DNA of 64,000 nucleotides from an uncultured archaeon (GTDB lineage Archaea > Asgardarchaeota > Thorarchaeia > Thorarchaeales > Thorarchaeaceae), in NCBI GenBank assembly GCA_964558645.1, contig CAZLEV010000010.1:1-64000 (forward strand), written 5' to 3'. The stretch's first letter is position 1, and each line of letters begins with the position of its first letter. The translations under genes were made by a program, and so were the position numbers. This document shows, one piece after another, positions 57,683 to 64,000 of the stretch. The notes below the pieces were generated by a model. That model searched no databases, was not told the origin of the DNA, and was given only the letters and a program-made list of their open reading frames with translations.

Positions 57683-57709
57683 GATAGAGTGGCTGCAGAC
57701 CACTCTATC
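57683..57709. terminator. Perfect 10-bp hairpin between convergent genes
   Basis: GATAGAGTGG-N7-CCACTCTATC. Confidence 0.5.
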
Positions 57710-57710
57710 C

Positions 57711-58577
57711 CTACCTCTCTATTCTACTCATTATCTCTCTATGGATGTTTTTTAAAACGCGGGTTATTCTGTGGTCTGGTGCGTGTTCTGGCATTGTCTG
57801 CATTGCGATCATTGACTGTGTCATGATAGAATCGAACGGTATTCTCCCAATCACATCTACACCATTCTGTCTGCAGAAGCGTTCCATTCTCTCAGTGTTC
57901 TCCATGTTAATGTCATACTTGTTCACTATCAGAAGACTCGGAATATCGAATCTTTGGAGAAGCTCAACAACACGCTTCATATCATGGATGCCAGACAATG
58001 TGGGTTCTGTGACAATAACGCCGAGTCCTATACCCGTTACTGTTGCAATAACAGGGCATCCAATTCCTGGCGAGCCGTCAATAAGAACGAAGTCACTTCC
58101 ATTGTTCTCTGCAAGTCGTACGCCCAGATTCCGGACCTCTGTAACGAGTTTACCAGAGTTACCTTCACCAGCCAGTAGTCTAGCATGAGCCATTGGTCCA
58201 AACCGGGTATCTGACTCGTATAGATAGCCTGAAACTCTGTCCTTCATCGTTATTGCATTCTCGGGGCATATGAGTTCACAGACACCACACCCCTCACAGG
58301 CAATCGGGTCTATTTCAGGAGGATTTGCTGCATCAAATCTGCATTTCTCACTACATAGTCCGCACTGAGTACATAGATCAGGGTTAATCTGAGCAATCTT
58401 TGAGCTACAGAACTCACTCTTTCGTTTCACGTCTGGCTCAAGAAGTATGTGCAGATCAGGAGCATCCACATCACAGTCAGCCATCACTGCCCTCTTCGAG
58501 AGGGCAATCAGCGCCGCGACAACAGTAGTTTTTCCAGTGCCCCCTTTCCCGCTTATGACTGCTATCTCATTGACCAT
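57711..58577 (-). CDS. MinD-superfamily ATPase with inserted ferredoxin (COG1149)
   Basis: SGKGGTGKT, DCDVDA, two CxxCxxCxxxC motifs, PGIGCP, TEPT. Confidence 0.9.
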   Translation of the reverse strand: MVNEIAVISGKGGTGKTTVVAALIALSKRAVMADCDVDAPDLHILLEPDVKRKSEFCSSKIAQINPDLCTQCGLCSEKCRFDAANPPEIDPIACEGCGVCELICPENAITMKDRVSGYLYESDTRFGPMAHARLLAGEGNSGKLVTEVRNLGVRLAENNGSDFVLIDGSPGIGCPVIATVTGIGLGVIVTEPTLSGIHDMKRVVELLQRFDIPSLLIVNKYDINMENTERMERFCRQNGVDVIGRIPFDSIMTQSMIAMQTMPEHAPDHRITRVLKNIHREIMSRIER

Positions 58578-59409
58578 TGTTGACCGCCTCCTCTATCCGT
58601 TCATAGACAATCCTGAACTTCTCCTTCCATTCTGGCATCTCTTCGATGAAGGGTATGCCCGCGGAGTACAACTCGGCAATCCTCCTATCGAACGGAATCT
58701 CCACCAGAATCGGGATGTTTCGTTCTTCACAGAAGTGTCTAGCCGAATAATCGCCAATTCCTGCCCTGTTCATTATGACGCCGTGGGGAATACCTAGCTC
58801 CCTGACCACATCTGCTGCCATCTCCAGATCATGAAGACCAAAGGGGGTGGGTTCTGTAACCAGAATGAGATAGTCGGATTCCTGCATGGTCTCTATGACG
58901 GGGCATGCAGTACCTGGAGGCGCATCGACGATATTGATCTCATCGCGGTGCATTCGACTCTTGACGGCCTTTATCACAGAGGTCGCAATTGGCTCGCCAA
59001 CATTCAGCTCGCCAAAAACCAGTGAGAGGCCCTCTGATTCCCCAATGAAGACATTACCGACGGTTCTGTTCCTCTCCTCTATGGCTCCTTCAGGGCATAC
59101 AATAGCGCAACCTCCACAGGAATGACACATCTCGGGGTACACGAGAACTCTATCCTTCCCTACAAATAGCGCATTGAACTGGCAAAATGCTGCACACTTG
59201 CCGCAGAGGGTGCATTTCTTATCATTGACATCAGGAGTGGGCATCTCCACCGGTTGAGGTTCCAATTCTCCAAGCTTGAGAAGTGTGTGTGCATTAGGTT
59301 CTTCTACATCACAATCGAATAATCTGGCTCCTTCTAATGATAGAGCCAGGTTTACTGCAACAGTAGTCTTTCCAGTGCCCCCTTTTCCTGAAGCCACTGT
59401 GATAATCAC
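58567..59409 (-). CDS. MinD-superfamily ATPase with inserted ferredoxin (COG1149)
   Basis: SGKGGTGKT, DCDVEEPN, two ferredoxin motifs, PPGTACP, TEPTPFGLHDL. Confidence 0.9.
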   Translation of the reverse strand: MIITVASGKGGTGKTTVAVNLALSLEGARLFDCDVEEPNAHTLLKLGELEPQPVEMPTPDVNDKKCTLCGKCAAFCQFNALFVGKDRVLVYPEMCHSCGGCAIVCPEGAIEERNRTVGNVFIGESEGLSLVFGELNVGEPIATSVIKAVKSRMHRDEINIVDAPPGTACPVIETMQESDYLILVTEPTPFGLHDLEMAADVVRELGIPHGVIMNRAGIGDYSARHFCEERNIPILVEIPFDRRIAELYSAGIPFIEEMPEWKEKFRIVYERIEEAVNNGQ

Positions 59410-59434
59410 GCCAAGTATCTCCCTACAGATTTGC

Positions 59435-59803
59435 TCATCGATGATGCGCATCACTGCATCCATCGGTGAGTTCTTGCAGATCCTGCTGCACGAAGCTCTG
59501 CATGACCTTTTCTACATCTGAGCTATCAGCTCGTAGGACTGCTATATTCTGGCTCTGAAAACTGCGAAGACCACGAGGTCCCATTCCTTTCACGATGATG
59601 ACATTGGGGCTGTAACGCATGATGTTATCATGTGCATGCCCCCTTCCACCAGCGTGCTCTCCCTGATTCGGATTCACTTCCTTGCCAGCAATATTGCCAT
59701 CACTATCAAAGTCAAATACCGCAAAGAAAGGGGCTCTTCCGAAATGGTCGGCCACAATCTTTCCTGCTTGGTCTTCTGTAGGAACTACGATTCTCTTCTT
59801 CAT
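59435..59803 (-). CDS. NifB/NifX-family cluster-binding protein
   Basis: HFGRAPFF, GMGPRG, His-rich loop and tail. Confidence 0.85.
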   Translation of the reverse strand: MKKRIVVPTEDQAGKIVADHFGRAPFFAVFDFDSDGNIAGKEVNPNQGEHAGGRGHAHDNIMRYSPNVIIVKGMGPRGLRSFQSQNIAVLRADSSDVEKVMQSFVQQDLQELTDGCSDAHHR

Positions 59804-59804
59804 T

Positions 59805-60221
59805 TTACATATTCCTCCTTCCTCTTCCTTGACCACGGCCTCCGCCCATTCCTCGTCCCATACCCATTCCACGGTGTGCAGGACCGGGTGGCGCATTCTG
59901 CTGCAGTTGGTCTTGTTTCATCATCTGTATCGCTTCACGAACAGTGCCCACGGCGCCGGTCATGATTTTGATACCTGAGCTCTGAAGAGCTGGATACGCA
60001 TTTGGCCCCACACTGCCTGTGATGACGGCTTCCACACCTGTGGATGCCACCATCTGAGCTGCGCGTATTCCTGCTCCACCAGAGGCCATTGCAGCGTCAT
60101 TCTCAATCGCGTTAGACTGCATTGTGTCGGTGTCGACTATTATGAAATACGCACACCGCCCAAATCTCGGATCTACTGGTGAGTCCAAATCTGACCCACT
60201 TGAAGTCACACATACTTTCAT
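59805..60221 (-). CDS. NifB/NifX-family protein with Gly/Arg tail
   Basis: RFGRCAYF, GAGI.AAQ, VITG.VGPNA. Confidence 0.88.
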   Translation of the reverse strand: MKVCVTSSGSDLDSPVDPRFGRCAYFIIVDTDTMQSNAIENDAAMASGGAGIRAAQMVASTGVEAVITGSVGPNAYPALQSSGIKIMTGAVGTVREAIQMMKQDQLQQNAPPGPAHRGMGMGRGMGGGRGQGRGRRNM

Positions 60222-60363
60222 CTGTTCACTTCCATTGTATTACGAATTATGATTCGTATCTTGATTCATAAAAAGTCATCGGCTCAGGCATCAATCATAA
60301 GCAATAGGTGAGCTTTATTTCATGTTGCTCCCTTTGCATTTCCTATCTGGAGTGAAGAAAGAG

Positions 60364-61581
60364 ATGGGATTCAGTGTTGGCGTTGTCGGGAAGCCCTCAT
60401 GTGGGAAGACTTCCTTCACGAACGCGGCCTGCATGACTGATTTCAAAGTCGGTAGCTATCCATTTACCACAATAGATGCCAATGTCGGAGTCACCCATGT
60501 GAGAGCCAAGTGTGCCTGTCTGGACTTTGATGTGAACGACAACCCGCAGAACTCGATATGCATCGAGGGAATACGGTTAATCCCGGTCAAACTGATAGAT
60601 GTTGCCGGTCTTGTACCCGGGGCACATGAAGGTAGGGGCATGGGCAACAAGTTCTTGGATGATCTCCGACAAGCGGATGTTCTTATCCACATTGTTGATT
60701 CCAGTGGCACTCTGGATGCGGAGGGACAGGAGGTTGCCCCAGGAACCTACGACCCTGCTGAAGATGTCCGTTGGCTTGAACAGGAACTGACCGAGTGGAT
60801 TCTTGGCATAATATCCAAGGACTGGCGTAGGATAAGCGGAAGAGTCCGCGCAGAGGGAGCTAAGCTCGACGAATTGCTTCTTGAAAAACTCTCTGGACTC
60901 AAAGTGCAACGCAGTCATATACTCAAGGCGATTCGAAACTCAGAACTGAAAGCAGAGTCCGCAGACAAGTGGGAGGATGATGACCTTCGTCGCTTTTCCT
61001 CGAGTATTCAACAGATGGCAAAGCCAATTATAATCGCTGCAAACAAGATTGATCGACCTACTGCTGAAACCAACTATGAAAGGATGAAGGAGGAGTTTTC
61101 TGATCGATTAGTTATTCCGGTCAGTGCTCTTGCGGAGAAAGCTCTCAAAGATATGGATCGGAAAGGAATCATCTCCTATGTTCCAGGTAGTGATGATTTT
61201 GAGATTCTAGATCCAGACTCTCTAAGCAATGGGGAGGCCGCTCAGCTTCAACGACTCAAAGATGAACTCTTGTCGAAGTTTGGTGGCACCGGCGTACAGG
61301 CGATTCTCAATGAGGCAGTGTTTGAACACCTTGATATGATTACAGTGTATCCAGTTCATGACATTAATACCCTGAGTGACAGCGAAGGCAATGTACTTCC
61401 CGATGTATTCCTGGTGCCCAGAGGGACTACTGCGAAGGAATTTGCAGGATATATCCACTCAGACCTCATGGAGTCGTTTCTTCACGCTATCGATGCTCGG
61501 ACAAAGATGAGGATATCAGAGAAGCACGTTCTCCAAGATAGGGATGTCATCAAGATTGTGAGCACAAAGGGGAGTAAGTGA
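60364..61581 (+). CDS. ychF: Obg-family ATPase YchF/OLA1
   Basis: GKPSCGKT, YPFTTI, DVAGLVPGA..GRG.GN.FL, NKID, TGS domain. Confidence 0.93.
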   Translation: MGFSVGVVGKPSCGKTSFTNAACMTDFKVGSYPFTTIDANVGVTHVRAKCACLDFDVNDNPQNSICIEGIRLIPVKLIDVAGLVPGAHEGRGMGNKFLDDLRQADVLIHIVDSSGTLDAEGQEVAPGTYDPAEDVRWLEQELTEWILGIISKDWRRISGRVRAEGAKLDELLLEKLSGLKVQRSHILKAIRNSELKAESADKWEDDDLRRFSSSIQQMAKPIIIAANKIDRPTAETNYERMKEEFSDRLVIPVSALAEKALKDMDRKGIISYVPGSDDFEILDPDSLSNGEAAQLQRLKDELLSKFGGTGVQAILNEAVFEHLDMITVYPVHDINTLSDSEGNVLPDVFLVPRGTTAKEFAGYIHSDLMESFLHAIDARTKMRISEKHVLQDRDVIKIVSTKGSK

Positions 61582-61613
61582 GACCATTGAAGCGGTCCCT
61601 GACTCTTTGCCTG

Positions 61614-62153
61614 TTATTGGGCAAGTCTCTCTCCTAGTGTCCAATACTCTCCAGCGAGAGGAAGATACGTGAATAGGTTTGCTTTTCCAGGGTCGAGTCT
61701 GCCGCTGTTGTCCAGAATGGATTCGTCTATGTGGACTGCCAGAATCTCTGCAATGAACAGGTCGTGGGCCCCTAGATTCACAATCTTCTCTGTCTTGCAT
61801 TCGATGTTGATTGGACATTCCTCTATCATCGGGCTTGTTACCTTGGACGAAGATGCGGGTGTTAGATTACACTCCTCGAATTTGTTATGGTCTCTTCCAG
61901 ACTTACTTCCACAGAAGATTGTTGTTTCCATCAGTTCCACTGAGGGTATATTAACAACAAAATCTCCGGCTCTCTTCACTAGACCATGACTGAAACGATT
62001 TGGTCTTATACCCACAACCAAAGTGGGTGGATTGCTGCACACATTTGCTGCCCAGGATAAGGTGATGATGTTCGGCCGCTTGTCATCTGCCACGCTAAGT
62101 AACACAGCAGGACAGGGGACCAGCGCAGTGGATGGTTTCTTCTCTATCTTCAT
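61614..62153 (-). CDS. Flavin reductase family protein
   Basis: NIIT.SW, FVVNIP, CGS.SGR..KF, ECP.NIEC, GAHDLF. Confidence 0.9.
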   Translation of the reverse strand: MKIEKKPSTALVPCPAVLLSVADDKRPNIITLSWAANVCSNPPTLVVGIRPNRFSHGLVKRAGDFVVNIPSVELMETTIFCGSKSGRDHNKFEECNLTPASSSKVTSPMIEECPINIECKTEKIVNLGAHDLFIAEILAVHIDESILDNSGRLDPGKANLFTYLPLAGEYWTLGERLAQ

Positions 62154-62254
62154 AGTATTGGTCTAGGTGACGCAGTCTTATTTCTTTGTCGAGGACGCCA
62201 AGTTTAAGATAGGGCTCTGAGGGCATAGAGCATACCATACTAAGAGGTTTACAC

Positions 62255-63166
62255 ATGGTGCGAGTACTCATTGCTGATCCAATCGCCGCTTCTGCCCAGA
62301 AGCGAATCGAAGATGCAGGATTCGAAGTCGTTGTCCGAGACAAAAACACGGAAGCTCCTATCTCTGAGCAGATACTAGGATTTGACTGTGTCATTGTACG
62401 TAGCGCAACTAAAATCACGAAGGAAGTTCTGGAAGCCGCCGATGATCTGAAGTTAATTGTGCGCGCAGGGGTAGGCCTAGATAACATTGATCTTGAAGCC
62501 GCCGAAGAGGTAGGAGTCAAGGTGATGAACACACCTGAGGCTCCAACTGTTTCCGTGGCAGAGATGGTCTTCGCCTTGATGTTCGCCTTGGCAAGGAACG
62601 TGACCCAGGCAGACTCATCGATGAAAGAGGAGAAATGGAACAAGAAGATACTTAGAGGCACTGAGCTATGGCAGAAGACACTTGGCATAATCGGATTCGG
62701 CAGAATCGGTCAAGAAGTAGCGAAAAGAGCAAAAGCTCTCGATATGAAGGTTCTTGCTTATGATGTCATTGACATCACCGATGCATGCAAGTCGTGCGGC
62801 GCCCAAGCCTCTACACTTGATGGCATTATCACAGAGTCTGATTACATCTCACTTCACGTACCACTGCTACCTCAGACCAAGGGCATGATTGGCGCTGCTG
62901 AGTTTGAGAAGATGAAAGACACAGCATTCCTTGTCAATACTGCTCGTGGAGGAGTAGTCGATGAAGAGGCACTTCTCTCCGCCCTTGACAAAGGTAAGAT
63001 TGCTGGAGCAGGACTTGATGTATTCGAGAACGAGCCGCCGACGGATTGGAGCTTAGTGAAGCATCCAAAGGTTGTCGCAACACCCCATCTGGCTTCCTCA
63101 ACACTTGAAGCACAGGTCAGGGTCGGTGAACTGACTGCTGAAAAGGTCATCAATGAACTGAAATAG
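62255..63166 (+). CDS. serA: D-3-phosphoglycerate / 2-hydroxyacid dehydrogenase
   Basis: RAGVGLDNID, GFGRIG, LHVPL, NTARG, DVFENEP, TPHL.SST.EAQ. Confidence 0.85.
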   Translation: MVRVLIADPIAASAQKRIEDAGFEVVVRDKNTEAPISEQILGFDCVIVRSATKITKEVLEAADDLKLIVRAGVGLDNIDLEAAEEVGVKVMNTPEAPTVSVAEMVFALMFALARNVTQADSSMKEEKWNKKILRGTELWQKTLGIIGFGRIGQEVAKRAKALDMKVLAYDVIDITDACKSCGAQASTLDGIITESDYISLHVPLLPQTKGMIGAAEFEKMKDTAFLVNTARGGVVDEEALLSALDKGKIAGAGLDVFENEPPTDWSLVKHPKVVATPHLASSTLEAQVRVGELTAEKVINELK

Positions 63167-63433
63167 ACTGAGAGAAGGATACAGAGAAGTAGCTCAAGGT
63201 CAGTTTTGGTGTTCCTTTCGGGACAGAAACTGACCACACTTCTCAACCACTCTAACTGGATTCTCCAAATCGCTACAATTTTAAGTGGACTATCTAGCGA
63301 TTAGAGTGGCCTCGTTTTGAGGCTTCCTATTCCTTTGTGTTGGCGGATCCGTCCGCACGGGATGTGGCCCAAATGCTGGGCTGAACCACAAACAAAGTGA
63401 ATATTATTGCTACAAAGGAAGGAGATACCGAAT

Positions 63434-64000
63434 TTGGCATACAAATACATCCAGAAAACCTGGATTGATCAACAGAAAGAACGTTCTGAGCTTGTAAGGA
63501 ATCGTCTCATCGTCTGGCGAAAACAGGGTAGTATTGTAAGACTGGATAAACCGACAAGGATTGCGCGCGCACGGACGCTGGGGTACAAGGCAAAGCAGGG
63601 CTATGTGATCGTCAGGGTCAAGATAGGAAGAGGCCCTAGAGAGAAACCCCGGCCGCGGATGGGTCGAAAGCCTAGAAGCTTGGGTGTTAACAAGTACACA
63701 CCTCAAAAATCCAGGCAGTGGATAGCCGAGGAACGTGTTGCGAAGAAGTATCCGAACTTGCGAGTCTTGAACTCTTATTGGATTGGCTCAGATCACAAAC
63801 TGGCGTTCTATGAAATTATTCTGGTTGATCCCAATCATCCCAACATCTACAATGATTCTGAGATTAACTGGATCTGTGCTCCGTCACAGAAGGGCCGAGT
63901 GCATCGGGGTCTTACATCTGCAGGGAAGCGAAGCAGAGGTCTCCGTAAGAAAGGTCGAGGCGCGGAGAAACTTCGTCCCTCTCTTGGGTCAAAGGGCAAC
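63434..64000 (+). CDS. rpl15e: Ribosomal protein eL15, truncated at the window end
   Basis: Manual translation from TTG: AYKYI..W...KPTR..RAR.LGYKAKQG...AEERV...NLRVLNSYW...RGLTSAGK. Confidence 0.96.
   Translation, partial: MAYKYIQKTWIDQQKERSELVRNRLIVWRKQGSIVRLDKPTRIARARTLGYKAKQGYVIVRVKIGRGPREKPRPRMGRKPRSLGVNKYTPQKSRQWIAEERVAKKYPNLRVLNSYWIGSDHKLAFYEIILVDPNHPNIYNDSEINWICAPSQKGRVHRGLTSAGKRSRGLRKKGRGAEKLRPSLGSKGN

Noticed and set aside
1-64000. CRISPR arrays, intact IS elements, integrases, and the many short antisense or nested ORFs in the track
   Set aside because: No regularly spaced repeats or transposase/integrase motifs were seen; the nested ORFs are shadows of well-supported genes.

Overview
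Archaeal core-genome window. The co-occurrence of eS30, TFE-beta, an SmAP3-type Lsm, FtsZ and H4MPT enzymes points to TACK/Asgard, most likely Thorarchaeia (inference). It is dominated by translation, RNA-modification and transcription genes (rpl3/4/23/2, rps30e, rps6e, eif2g, rpoE1, spt4, rps24e, rps27ae, rpl15e, nop5, fibrillarin, gar1, elp3, trm1, rlmE, pelota, dnaG). It also carries pyrimidine synthesis genes, ftr-fwdC-mch, korBC, a GH31 hydrolase, a glycyl radical enzyme, a DUF134/COG1149/NifX cluster, five tRNAs (four intron-containing), a solitary 5S rRNA and a probable C/D guide RNA. Most notable: (1) a ~560-nt RNA-like locus without a credible ORF, built from K-turn hairpins each followed by ACA (candidate very large multi-hairpin H/ACA RNA); (2) apparent non-canonical start codons (ATC, ATA, ACG) on rpoE1, dnaG and rpl2; (3) a HypD-like glycyl radical enzyme whose catalytic CxE is CxT; (4) a split S10 operon with a LAGLIDADG-like relic and a 13-nt leader motif shared by rpl3 and rpl2; (5) three 30-nt tRNA introns at three different non-canonical positions. 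All calls come from reading motifs by eye; no searches or folding programs were run.
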